The position numbers and the translations under genes are program-made. DNA of 63,534 bases, counting the filler, from Perkinsus chesapeaki ATCC PRA-425 (taxonomy: Eukaryota > Protista > Perkinsozoa), in NCBI GenBank assembly GCA_013115145.1. It is 9 parts of 9 records of this genome, joined end to end, with 100 filler letters (N's around TTAATTAATTAA, not from the genome) between each part and the next. Parts side by side here need not be neighbours in the genome. Positions count along the whole stretch, not along the records: positions 1 to 23,806 come from JAAPAO010000558.1; positions 23,907 to 46,630 come from JAAPAO010000573.1; 7 more parts are not named here. The stretch is one strand, 5' to 3'. Position 1 is the first letter of the stretch, and each line of letters starts with the position of its first letter. The notes beneath the pieces are model-generated. The model saw nothing but the letters and a program-made list of their open reading frames with translations. It had not been told where the DNA came from and made no database searches. Below are positions 12,496 to 24,622 of this stretch, piece by piece.

Positions 12496-12553
12496 GCGAT
12501 CGCGTTCAACATTGAGAGATCCCAAAAATCGTCGACAAATTTCGCTCGCCTAG
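12496..12553. promoter_or_regulatory. GCGATCGC and CGCTCGCCTAG motifs upstream of Alba-C
   Basis: GCGATCGC at 12496-12503; CGCTCGCCTAG at 12543-12553. Confidence 0.4.
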
Positions 12554-12634
12554 AAATGCGTTTGCGTGCAGATGGTTGACGTCATTCACTAATTGGTTAT
12601 TCAGTAACAACACAAAACAAGGAGACAATAAGAA

Positions 12635-13504
12635 TCAACGTCTACGTCGATTACGCATCGGTTGATGATGATGCGTCTCTTTTGTATCATCAATTCCATC
12701 GAGTAGGCCGCTATTGCCACTTTTCTTAGACTTCAGTCCGTCCGTAAAAGGATTGGCATTCGGAGGCGCCAGACTGGTGGTGCCAGTGAACACGCCCTCT
12801 GCTTTGCCTGTTGTAACTACGAGAACTCGAATTCGCACGAAGGGTTATTGAATAAGTCACCTTCGCCGGTGGAGCCGGATACGGGAGTGCTTCCAACACC
12901 ATCGTTTTCCGCGTCGCAGTAATCCCGAGATCCAAGGAAAAGACCAGACGACTGAAATAAAACCATACAAGCGAGTCACGCACAAGTGACAACTCACTCT
13001 CAAGGAAGATCTCCGCCGATTAACTCTCTCAGCCGCTCGCCCCGCTGCAGACCGAGTTGGCGGTCTCGGTCTTTTTTGAAGTTTTACTGGTGAAACAATT
13101 CCTGAACGAAAACCTACGAGTCTACTACGAATAAGGACGATGGTACTCCTGATAGTTGTAGGCGCTCGAGAGGCCACTTGGATGCCTGAGGTAGCACAAA
13201 ATTGGTATGAATTTGCACGCACGCGCACGACAGCACTTGCATCGCTGAGATCGCCTGGTTGAAGAGATCGACCATCAATTGCGTTATCAGTTTCATCAGC
13301 TGATTCGCTTGGTGGTGTTGTCGAGGGAAGAGTTTGGCCCAAGTGAGGAAGCCGGTCCAAAAGATGCATGGAAGAACCGTTGAAGGCCTGAAGTGATCAC
13401 ACTTATCATTGATTTATCTAAAGTATATAAACTGTGAAGGGGTGGAACCAAAATCTTACCTGATCAAAAGCACTATCATCCTCATCACTGTAGAGTTGGT
13501 TCAT
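12635..13504 (-). CDS. hypothetical low-complexity multi-exon protein
   Basis: First exon MNQLYSDEDDSAFDQ|gtaag; last exon ends ...QPMRNRRRR* at 12635; internal frame uncertain. Confidence 0.5.
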
Positions 13505-14022
13505 TTCTGAAGTGTTACAATTCTGACAATCCCACATCGTAGTCACCCCTACCAGCATTCATCTCCCGAGTTTGGTGCACAATATCTCTCCATAGGGACC
13601 CAATCTGCTTATTCCTATTAGAATGAATTTACAATGCTACACGTCCTAGCCTTCTATGTACCTCCGTTTGCTATGGAGGGCGGGATCAGCCAATACAGCT
13701 AATGGCCTTGGGGGGAACGGGAACTGAAAAGGAACTCAGAAATATTGGATGTTATCATGTGTCAGCAAAATAAGTTGTCAGTCTTGCAGTGAAATGCATA
13801 GAAATTTCAATATATGATAAATAGACAGCCTCGATGTTGATGGATGATGTTGAGCGGTTTACCTCATCGTTATCGACTTGTCGACTTCTTTTACTTGCCA
13901 ACCTCCTCATTTTCTTTCATAATTAAACTTGAATCTCCAACTTGGTACAACTCAACTCAACTGCAATATGGCATTAACATCAACATCAAGATAATCACTC
14001 TTATCATATTTATATTATTAGT

Positions 14023-14861
14023 TTAATTTTGCTCATCTTCATAACCACTATCATCATCATACTCTCTTTCGTCTTCACCTTCATTATAACTCTTCAAAAT
14101 GCCATCATCGGTAACATAGTTCGCCTCATGGTCAGGTGACCCCATAAGGGAATCGATGTTTCGAGAATATTTACAGAACTCCTTAATAATAACGAGTTCA
14201 TCACTCATGGTTCTTTTTTTAGAGTTAGCATTCTCCTTGAAATCTTCATTTTCATCCATAAGTTTGGTAAATAAATCATTTAACAGTTTACTGCAGCTCT
14301 TAACCTCGCCATCTAATAAAGTTCCTTCAAGCATCCGATTAATATAAGCATCGCCATCACGTTTGTGACTTCCTGTTGAAGCGAAGCGTCCAGAGTCACT
14401 GAGAAGGTTAAATTACACCAGATACCAATGAACCAATGATTGGTTACCAATCTTCTTACATTGCTCCCTCCAAAGAAGGATTCTTGTTGCATGCCGCCCA
14501 AAGTGGCACCAGACGCTTTTCGTCATGCACTTCGAACATAACCCCCCATCTCTGACTCTCCAATTCAACGCCAACCGGGGAGATGTAACAAAGGCGTCTA
14601 AACGCCAAATCTTTCCCAACAGTTGTGGCCTAAGGAAGTACAGCTCAATAGGAGGAGCGTTCGTTTATCATTCAGAAGACCCGGGTTCGAACCTACCACG
14701 ATGTTTGGTAAATAACCGATATCCTCTTGTCTCAATATCTTCTTAAAGCCACGTTTGAATGTATTCTTGACCAGCCTGCTTCGCCTAACGGATGCCCTAC
14801 TACGCGTCCTCGCCCCTTCGACAACCACAAGTAGCAATAAGCCCAAGAATGGTAAATGCAT
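14023..14861 (-). CDS. secreted hypothetical protein with acidic C-terminus
   Basis: Signal-peptide-like start MHLPFLGLLLLVVVEGA; last exon DSGRFAST...EYDDDSGYEDEQN*. Confidence 0.55.
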
Positions 14862-14998
14862 TAAACGTTAGAGACGATATAATAAAGCATCAGCATCCAG
14901 CATCGTCACTCCAATGGTTAACACAACATTACAATATTAGTATTCAACAACAACACCTTCACATTCATCATGCATCCTTCACATTAATAACAACACAC

Positions 14999-15196
14999 TT
15001 AATCGTCAAACTCATTAAACTGGTCAAATTTGTCAGATCCAATGGCATTAGTTTGTTCAGTGGGCTTATCTTCAGGTTCATAAGAGTCCATCATTTCACA
15101 GACTTTATCAACCACCTTGCGGCTGGCAGTTCCCCAAGTGCGGCCAATCGCATTCTTCTGGAAGGTACGGAAAGCAACCTTGCATGAATCTTTCAT
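14999..15196 (-). CDS. small hypothetical protein
   Basis: 65-aa ATG ORF with protein-like composition, divergent from PA2G4. Confidence 0.35.
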   Translation of the reverse strand: MKDSCKVAFRTFQKNAIGRTWGTASRKVVDKVCEMMDSYEPEDKPTEQTNAIGSDKFDQFNEFDD

Positions 15197-15361
15197 TTTT
15201 CTTTTCGGCTACGTCATAAATTGCCAAATGTTAAAAGCGCGCACCCAAACAATCGATTTCGGAATTAGCCGTCTCGCACGTCTCTTTGGGTTTCCTTTCC
15301 TTCACGAGCATTCTCAAGATTCTCCATAGGTTGATAAATTGGCCACCTGTTTGCCGACGTA

Positions 15362-17051
15362 ATGTCTGACTCTGAATACGAAGACGAAGTGACTGATCTA
15401 TCCAACCCTGATGTAACAACAAAGTACATTACAGCGGCAGGTAATGTTAATAATAATAATGCTTTTTAATAATCTTTAGGTATCACTAATAAGGCCTTAG
15501 AATTGGTCTGTAATGCAGTGAAGCCTGGTGCTGACGTATATGATCTTTGCAGATTGGGTAAGCTTCATTTTGATTTACTTTATTAGTTCCAAACATAGGT
15601 GATGATTTCATCGAGGAACAAACAGGAAAGCTTTATAATAAAAAGGTGCAACATTACCTTATTAAATGTTAATACCTTTATAACAGGTCAAGGGTGCAGT
15701 TGTCCCAAAGGGTATCGCTTTCCCAACATGCGTAAGCATCAACGAAGTGGCTGGACATTTCAGCCCTTTGCAAGGAGAGTCTGTCACCATTAAGGAAGGT
15801 GATATCGTAAAGGTAAGAGGAAGATCTTATTTTACCAACTCGCAAAAGATTCTTGTAAGGTTGACCTTGCCGTTCAAATTGACGGTTTTATTACTGCTGC
15901 CGCAAACACTGTTGTTGCTGGTGATGCCAAGGTGTCCGGCAAAGCAGCCGATGTGGTAATGGCTGCTCACACTGCCGCTGAAGCCGTTCTTAGGAAAGTT
16001 AAACTCGGTAAGTAATCTAGCTTATATTACCAATCTATAATGTGTTGATTATATTAGGTAACACTAATACCGATATAACTAATCTTATACAGCAAGTAGC
16101 GGATGAATGCGGAGTTCAGCCTATTCGTGGTGTACTCAGTCATCAACTTGAAAAGCATAACATCGAGGGAGAGAACGTAAGTTTGCCTGTTGGTGCTGCT
16201 GCTGTTGATGCTTTCCTAATGTTATTATTTATCAGGCTATCGCATCCAAGTTCACTGAAGATCTCAAGGTCCCCGAATTCGTTTTCGGTCTCAACGAAGT
16301 GTAAGCCTTTATTTTATACTGTATTTGCCTATAATACCCTTATAGTTATTGCCTCGATATTCTCATGTCAACTGGTGAAGGTAAGGCTCGTCCTTCTAGC
16401 GATTATCGTACAACTGTGTATCGTCGTGCACCAGGCAGGAATTATGTAAGAGCCAACAACCAAATGCATAAATGAACTCTGATCCTTTCAGACCCTCAAA
16501 CTGGCTCGTGGCCGCCAGTTTGTTAATGAGGTTGAGAGAAGGTTCCCTAGTGGTGCATTCTCATTGGCGGACTTTAAGGACATCACTGGTGCCAGGTAAC
16601 TACGTTTAACATTTGGATACCTTGAATGTTATGTATCTTATAATAGGTATGGTGTTCAAGAAGCCCTGAAACATGAGCTGCTCCATGAGTATCCAGTAAG
16701 TTAGGGAAAGGTTATTATTATAATAATCATGTTCAAAGGTCCTCTCTGAGAAATCTGGTGAGATTGTTGCCCAGTTCAAGTTCACAGTGCTCCTTCTACC
16801 CGGCGGTACGAAGAAGGTTGCTGGTCTTCCATTCACTTCAGCTGGTAAGGAGTTTGCTCTTAGTTCTCATTCTGGGTATGTTATTATTATTATTATCAGG
16901 CCAATTTGAAACCGACAAGACGGTAAAAAATGAGGAGTTGAAGGCTTTGCTCGCTCAGAGTGCCAATCCGAAGAAGAATAAAAAGAAGGCTGCTAAAAAG
17001 AACAAAGAGCAAGAGAATCCCAACAACAACAACAACAAGAAGCAAGAGTAA
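15362..17051 (+). CDS. PA2G4: proliferation-associated protein 2G4 / Ebp1 (M24 fold, curved-DNA-binding protein family)
   Basis: Multi-exon: DLSNPDVTTKY..KGIAFPTCVSINEVAGHFSP..DLAVQIDGF..GVLSHQLEKHNIEG..DILMSTGEGK..YPVLSEKSGEIVAQFKFTVLLLPGGTKK, then a Lys-rich tail. Confidence 0.95.
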
Positions 17052-17471
17052 AGAACGTTTAAGGTGGGAAATAACAAATACATAACCAATAGTAAACATT
17101 ACCTCTTCTAGTATCTACTGTGATGACTCACGATGATGATGATGATGAAGTATTAACTATGATGATGATGTGCAATGATAAGTATGACTTAACATTGTTT
17201 GATTACTACTTGGACTTCCAAAAAGTTCATATAATGTCGAGACTAGTTAACCACTTAGTTTCATTATTATTATTTTGCTTTTTGTCAATTAATACTACCA
17301 AAGTTCCCGTCTCCCATTCGACATCGATTACCCTGGCGCGCGGCGTTATTTCGTAAATTCGAGCATTTGTTCAGTTTCCGGTGTAAAGGAGTCTCCTTCT
17401 GGCCCCCATTAGAGTCCTTTTGCCTCTACTGGTTGACACGATAAAGATTTCAGTTTAAAAAGTGTTGGTAA

Positions 17472-18215
17472 ATGTTATTCAATAGTCTCCTCTTCGTCTT
17501 GTTGGTCACTTTGTCCGTCACTGAGGCAGCATTAACCGTAAGAAGGCTGCTGCCTATCGTACCACCAACGTATTTGCCTTTAAACAGGTAAAGTCACTAA
17601 AGCAGACTGCTAATGCCTGTACGATCAAATCACATGGTTCCCTTGCTGTCCTCAAATATGAAGGTGAAGGCGATAAATCAACTCCTTATGTCAAAGAGTT
17701 GGTCTGCAAAGAAGGTTTTAAGAAGGGATTCTTTGGAAAGAAGAAAACACGCAAAAGCTATGAGCTAGGGTAAGGCAGTACTGTTCAATCTTACCTATTC
17801 CTACTTGTTGTTCAGAGCATTCACCAATAGAAATCTGCTGGCTCCATTTTTTAAAGATTGGGTGCCTCGCAAGGGACATCTACAGAACGCCTTTAACTGT
17901 GTGAGCGCTGCTAGACATCTACATAACAAACTGAAGACTATCTATCTCCGTTCTAAGAAATGGTGGTATCGTGTCCCTGGAAGAGCTAGTTACAGATTTA
18001 TGGAGTTTATGTGCTCACTGAAGTATCAAGAAGATGGTCCAGCACTGTTTATGAAACTACTTGATAGCGGAGCTCACAGTCAAGTCATTATTGGTAAGTT
18101 GAAGGCCGCTAAAGAAGGATTTAATGAAATGCATGACGCTGCTGTTGCTGATGGTGAGGAAGGAGAGATGGATGAAGAAGAAGAAGAAGAAGAAGCCCAG
18201 GAGGAAGAAGAGTGA
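17472..18215 (+). CDS. secreted lineage-specific protein with Glu-rich tail
   Basis: MLFNSLLFVLLVTLSVTEAALT|VKSLKQTANACTIKSHGS..LVCKEG..ELG|AFTNRNLL..EEEE*; two canonical introns. Confidence 0.7.
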
Positions 18216-18342
18216 ATATTAAATAATTATTATGCATGTTGATACGACGATGTCCATATTTATCAGCTAATAGCTTAATATTTGAGTTAATAATAACTCA
18301 TCATACTGATGCGTAAGGTTCCTACTCTATGTCAGTGTTATA

Positions 18343-18915
18343 ATGTTTTGGAAACTAAATTACATTCTCACTCAACTTTTGCTCACTACTTCTTTCGTCG
18401 TAATAATAACAATAATGTGAATGTTGCTACTTCCCACTCAGATTGTGAACAAGCCCGATCAGAGGCAATTTCCGGGCGAATGTGAAGTGAAATCCGACAA
18501 AGAAGGATCTGCTAGATTTCATTATACGCAGCATGATGGCCGTAAACTGACAATAACACATCTTTTCTGTAGACAAGACGTGTCTGCGCAAGGCATAGCA
18601 GGGGTAGATTATACAGCTAGAGGAAAGTAAGAAGGGGTATTGTAATTAGTACTGCTGCCAGTTGCCTGTTAATTATGTTTTAGAATTCCTATTACCAAAC
18701 TTCTATCCAATTTGGCTTTGGATAGGAACAAGGGGCTTCGTAAAAAGCTGAAGAGAGTAAGAAATCATTTAGAAAAGTGTAAAGTGTATGTCAAAAAGTT
18801 GTATAGAGTTGCCAAGGCCAATAGAGAAGTAGAATCGCTTGAAATTATTGTCGAAAATGATCACTTCATGGCATATATTTGTGAGAAAGCTAATAAGCAG
18901 TTCAAATCAAGATGA
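18343..18915 (+). CDS. secreted lineage-specific protein, probable paralog of the 17472 gene
   Basis: MFWKLNYILTQLLLTTSFV|IVNKPDQRQFPGECEVKSDKEGSARFHY..LFCRQD..; basic helical last exon ends ANKQFKSR*. Confidence 0.6.
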
Positions 18916-19235
18916 ATGCAACTTTAATGATCTTTCACTACATGTTAATATGGGTGTATGTAATATATGTTTCGAGTTAGTAAATATAAAACAATAACAT
19001 CACACAGTAAAGATTTCATTTCCCCTTACTCTATAGGGTGTATAACAATAAGGACCCTCTCATAACTCAGCGACGTAATACATACATATCAGGCCGCTCA
19101 ACGAGATTCATAAAATGGTATCTCTGGCGGCTTCATACACGGCCGCTAGAAGATCTTCTTATCATTCAAAAAGATGAAATGATATCCACAAGCGAGCAGC
19201 TTGCACCATTTTTATGAGCTCCTCTTGCCCTTTGA

Positions 19236-19586
19236 GTGTACCTCAATAACTCGGTGATTATTCAGGCCTCAGTACGCAAATACAAACCCGAACACTTGAA
19301 CGCTAGCTCTATGAAGTCCATGTTTCCGGTCTATCTACAAAAATCTCGAACTAACGTGAAGAACATTGGCGACCTGAATGAAGTTGACTGGAAGCATGCC
19401 TGGAATGCCATGCCTATTCGAAATGTTAATAAAGCATTTGATAGATGGAAGAAAAGGCTTTCGTCGAAGAAACGGATATGGCTCGCTACGCACATTTTTG
19501 TCAACTTTGCGAGCGGTTTCCCCTGTCTTCCTAATCTGGGCCGAAGTCATTACGAAACGAGCAATGCCAAGGCTACCGTTCTATAG
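19236..19586 (+). CDS. hypothetical protein (3' exon)
   Basis: 116-codon ORF with an acceptor-like site near its 5' end; upstream exons unresolved. Confidence 0.3.
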   Translation: MYLNNSVIIQASVRKYKPEHLNASSMKSMFPVYLQKSRTNVKNIGDLNEVDWKHAWNAMPIRNVNKAFDRWKKRLSSKKRIWLATHIFVNFASGFPCLPNLGRSHYETSNAKATVL

Positions 19587-19868
19587 GTTTCATTGAGCCC
19601 CTTCGATTGGTTTGAATTACATCATCAAACTTGTCGAATACGAGGGATGGGCCCTTATTTTGTATACACCCTGTATAACGGTTATGATTGTTGATAACAG
19701 CAGAGGAGTGGCTTGCGCCACGAATATCGGCGAGTAGGTGAGGAGCTTTACACTTCAACACATGCCCTCTCCCTGACTGCACTCCCTTGACTGAGTAGAT
19801 TGACATAACCTAGAGTCACACTAGAGTCATGCCGTATACACTAATTTAGTAGTTACTATTTCTGTCTA

Positions 19869-19915
19869 CTGCTGCATTCAACTTTTAGTCTGACTAAAAG
19901 GGTTGAATGCAGCAG
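19869..19915. repeat. inverted repeat hairpin (22 bp stem, 2-nt bulge, 1-nt loop)
   Basis: CTGCTGCATTCAAC-TTTTAGTC / T / GACTAAAA-GG-GTTGAATGCAGCAG. Confidence 0.9.
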
Positions 19916-21432
19916 AAGTGAGTAATGTAATGATATCACATTACAATGTCTCTGCCTGTACGAGCTGATCATCATTGAACACAACAGCAAGAGAAGTGCA
20001 TGGGTTAAACTTAGAGTTGGATCGGACAGGCACCGCTGAACATATCAATGGTACAAGATTGACATCGTTACAAATACTTTATAAAAGCAAATACAATCGC
20101 CAATATGGCAATATACCCAAGCCCACATGAATGACCAGCACGTTCTTGCACGTAGTGTAATGACTATGGAACTCCGGCCGAGGCTATCCTTGAGATGCCC
20201 GAGGCGATGAATCCCTTCGTATCAAGTCTGTACGCAGATAAACGAACTGCTCTCTGTCTCTCGATTGTAGCCTATAGAACGTCAAAGCACCGGACACGAA
20301 TCGTTGTTCACCACAGGAAATAACCGACGTATGGACCAAAGGGCCTAGATACAGAACACAGTACTAGGCTCCGTAAAGCGAAGGGAAGTTCATCTCTGAG
20401 AGAGACATAGACCGACATTAAGGACATGTGTTAGGAGCCGTCAACCAGCCTTAGGAAGTAAAGCGGCAATAATGGCCGCGCTAGTAGATAGATCAGCGCT
20501 AGTCAATAGCGTCTTACGGCCATAGTTATAACCAAAACCGACGAAACCGAACACAGGCCTAGCTTTTGCAACAACACAGAGTCGTCTTTTGTCGTGGCAC
20601 CCGGCAGGACTGTGCGCTCCACGACAACAATTAACCCTCGATGTGTTTGTCAAACCCCCAGCTCCCTTTATGGTATTATGGCTCCCAGTCCTTTGGAGAA
20701 CTTCAATTATTGTTCGTGTTTGAAACTGTGTTTCAATTACTCTTCTAGAGGGAAGGTGGATAGTAAACGTCTAACTCACTCGTTTTCAATAGAAGGCTTA
20801 CTACCGCTCGTTTACCACCCTACACTTTTGGTATTATACACAACAGAGCAGCTCCTCTTCCAAACTGGCAAGCTTACTTAATCACCCGTTCGCTTCATTT
20901 GGAATGTAAACGGGAAGTAAAGAAGCCAAAAGCCAGAATTCAACATCCCAGCTGACGCATCTCACCTTACAGCAAATCAGAGTCAGACTACTTTGTAGAT
21001 TCAACGTTAACGGACTAAGTGAATCAAATGCATTACAAAACTTCCAGACGCCAATTTCCCCTTGACGGACGAATCTCAAGCGGGAAAATAGACTTGGCAG
21101 TTAGAATCCTTAATTTCGACTTACAGTTCTCGATTTCGACGCAACAGTAGGATATCCAATTTCACAGTTGGGACGACCAAATTTGCCCAAGCTCAGGGGG
21201 ACACTATAAAGTTTATAGTATAAACGCGATATTCAGAATCTGCTGCTGCTGCTGCTCAGACGTATGCTCTCAATCAAGCTGTCGGCCATGAGCCAGTCAG
21301 CAATGGTAAGCATCATCATCATCATCATCATGTGGATTCAGACAGAGGGATAATTGAGTGTTGTCTTTCGTTTAGTGAATATAGAAGACTTTAAACCAAA
21401 GAATGAGTTCAACAACAACATCATCACAACAT

Positions 21433-21925
21433 TCAAAGATTTGTCGAAGGTTGATTGATGTACTTCTCGGCGGCTTCTATTAAACAATCCGATGACGAAT
21501 ATTCCGATGCTCCACGGCGACTCATCGTGAAGGCTGGTTTGTAGAATCCAAAACAGCATTGACATCTGAAGGTAAACAATAATGTTGAATAGTAGTGTTG
21601 AGTATAATAAAGTAACAAGTGGCCTGCTAAAGTACAGTTAAGAATGTTAAAGTGAAGTTATGTATTCAACTTACAACTGCCTTATTCTCTGCCATCGATT
21701 TAGGTCCTTTTCTATTCTCATTTGATAATCTCTCCCCGCCTCAGTGGTAACCTCGAGACTTTCGCAATAGTCAAGAAGACCATAATTAGCATTTGAACGT
21801 TTCATACAAATTTCTTCAAGATGAGAACGTTCATCAGCCTCTTTGGTAGAAGTGAGCGATGTTGCTTTTATAGAAGTAGAATGTTGTAGGAGCAATGATA
21901 AACATAAAAGGGATAATGTTAACAT
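21433..21925 (-). CDS. small secreted Cys-containing hypothetical protein
   Basis: MLTLSLLCLSLLLQHSTSIKA..RQL|CQCCFGFYKPAF..QPSTNL*; one canonical intron. Confidence 0.6.
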
Positions 21926-22068
21926 TGTAATTCACTGAAAGGGTCACGTTTACATATCATCGAAGTGACTAAACTAAAGTTGAGAACATCACAACAACAG
22001 CATCGAACATGATCTGGTTTATTCGTGGAATTAATTATCTGAATGGGTTGTGGACTTCCGAGATTTTT

Positions 22069-22560
22069 TCAACCTTGGAAATCTAAACTTCTTTCTCTTT
22101 TATTTTCACTGCCAGGCGAAGGGAGATAATATGAACCACTGGTTGATGACTTATAAGAAGAGTCACTTGATGATGATGACCTTCTACTTGATGACTCATC
22201 GCTGATGCCGCCTTCCCTTCCCTTCTGTTGTAAAGTCACTTCTTGTGGAGTATCGTCTATTAATTCGCCTTTCTTCAAAGTCCAGTCTGGTGATGAACCT
22301 TCAGTGTCGGAATTACCATCACTTGAATCAAAGGTTGCCTGTGAAACACCATCCGACCCACGGCGTTTTTTCACCATGTTTGATCTCTTCTTAAATTTAC
22401 GTCTGAAAAAATTACAGATACCCTTCCAACATCCACCATTATTATCAACATCATCTTCTTCTTCTATCGGCTGCTCTAAGACATCGTCATCGCCTTCATC
22501 ATCATTAGGGCTTTGAATGAAGGCTTTCTTGAGCGATTCGTTGGTTTTATGGTATTGGTT
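22069..22560 (-). CDS. Ser/acidic low-complexity 3' exons of a larger gene
   Basis: SPNDDEGDDDVLEQPIEEEDD..CWK|GRKFKKRSNMVKKRRGSDG..SSSSSDSS..LDFQG*. Confidence 0.5.
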   Translation of the reverse strand, partial: NQYHKTNESLKKAFIQSPNDDEGDDDVLEQPIEEEDDVDNNGGCWKGICNFFRRKFKKRSNMVKKRRGSDGVSQATFDSSDGNSDTEGSSPDWTLKKGELIDDTPQEVTLQQKGREGGISDESSSRRSSSSSDSSYKSSTSGSYYLPSPGSENKRERSLDFQG

Positions 22561-22919
22561 TTAGTTTGCTTGTTTATATCGTTATGTGATAAGGACTTCG
22601 ACTCGTATTGCCAAAAGCCCAGAAGGATAAGTATTTTAACATTAAACATGTTTAAAAGGATAATGGAAAGGTTGAACCGTAACAATGGAAATATATTATG
22701 AAAAAGAACAGGAGAGGTTTCTATAATAAATTACAAGTCAGTATTGGCAAAGTAATGGAATAATAATTATAAATTGAGGGATGAATTGACAAACACAAAA
22801 GGAGGCACAAGAGGAATGAATCATTCCGAATGATACGACTTTTGGTTAATTAGCAACATCCTTTAAGAGTAGATTTCCTAAAATAAATAAATTATAATTG
22901 AAAGAAGAGATAAGTTACT

Positions 22920-23806
22920 TTAAATGATATACTTGATATAACACCACCAGTTGATACGATACAACATTGAACTACAAAAATAATATAATAATAGATAATA
23001 ATGAAAACACATACCAAATAGGATAGCTTCTGGAACATTAACCTCCAATATAATTGAATTAATAAATATATTAAATATTATCCAACTTATTAATGATCCA
23101 AAAGCAATTCTAATATGATAATACCAACAACTTGATGAAGACAATCCATTCGTGTCCGATAATACACCTAATGACGATTATTAAATGGTAATTATTGGAA
23201 ATATATTATATCTTACCAGAGACCGCGGCAATTGATACAATAAGAACTGTAAAGGAAGTTAAAATATAAGAATAGCTAGAGGTGTCAGATAACACATTAA
23301 CAACGATGGAGAATATGAAGGAGAATGATGTTCCACAAAACCAAGCACCAATAAGACATGGCGATGATGCGAACGACTTGCGCATGCGTGCAGCTAAATC
23401 TTCCAACACCTGTGAGGTGACAGTCACTAATTGAAAGAACGAAAGAGATTCAAAAAGGACGCAACATCATAAACATGAATTGATGTACATAATTAACAAT
23501 ACGAATTGGTAACCGAGTTCACATTGTCCATTTTAACATTAAAGTTTTGGGCATGTCTCACTCCTCCTCCTCCACAACAACATCTTCTGAAATGATTGAA
23601 GGATTTTCCTTAATCTCATCGCAGAGGAATTGAAGTATTGGTTTGTTAAGACTAAAGCCTTTGAATAATCCAAGCCTTCGACCCTTCTTGTTCAACTGTT
23701 TAACGCCTATCTCGCACTTCTCTTTGGGAGATATTTTTTTCATCATTTTCTCATGAAGCTCTTCATCTCCATCAATATTGAATTTATCCATCAACTTGTC
23801 GAGCTC
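22920..23806 (-). CDS. hypothetical membrane protein exons (contig-end partial)
   Basis: Hydrophobic ORFs 22920-23144 and 23206-23427, and charged ORF 23558-23794 open towards the contig end. Confidence 0.35.
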
Positions 23807-23906
23807 NNNNNNNNNNNNNNNNNNNNNNNNNNNNNNNNNNNNNNNNNNNNTTAATTAATTAANNNNNNNNNNNNNNNNNNNNNNNNNNNNNNNNNNNNNN
23901 NNNNNN
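23807..23906. other. artificial contig spacer
   Basis: N44-TTAATTAATTAA-N44 (stops in all six frames). Confidence 0.98.
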
Positions 23907-24174
23907 GATTATTAACAACAGCATCATGAATAGGTAACATACCAAAACGATCGGTCTTCAATTCAGCACCCTCTGATATGAGATATTTAACAGCATCAAT
24001 ATGACCACCAGCAGCTGCCAAATGTAAAGGAGTTCGTTTATCATAATCAGAACTATTAACAGTTAAATCCGACGAATCAGACAATAACTTCTTCATATGA
24101 TCAACATCACCATCATAAGATGCTTCCAAAAGAGAAGCGATAGAATTAGTGGTGTCGTTTGTATTCGAACTCAT
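23907..24174 (-). CDS. ankyrin-repeat protein (3' truncated by spacer)
   Basis: LLEASYDGDVDHMKKLL..VNSSDYDKRTPLHLAAAGGHIDAVKYLI..KTDRFGMLPIHDAV, a glutaminase/AKT1-type ankyrin pair. Confidence 0.85.
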
Positions 24175-24622
24175 TATAATACTCGACGCTGTTAAAGGAG
24201 GAATAAATTTATAAAAATTGAACTGAATAATAAAAGTTAATAATGAGATATAATAAATAATAATGGTTTTGATATATTGCTGGTTGATATGTAATACTAG
24301 CTTAGTCTAGCCATAATAATATCATAAGGCTAAAATAAAGGGACAACTATTCTGTGTTTCATAGATTCTTCACCATCTAGCTTCGTGAAGGGTGGATATG
24401 ATGCACTAGCAAGTCTGCTGAAGATCTTCAATTGAATACTCCTTTAGGCAAGTTGTGGTAGCTGGAACAAGTAGGTAGTATTATTGTTTATTATCGAAGC
24501 TCAAAGTGTGCAATCAATCAGTGATGTTAAGCGTCCAGTATGTATCGTTCAGTACCGCCACTACACTCTGAGTTGACAACTAAACAAATATAACTCAGAG
24601 TAAAAACCCGTTAAATAGTATT

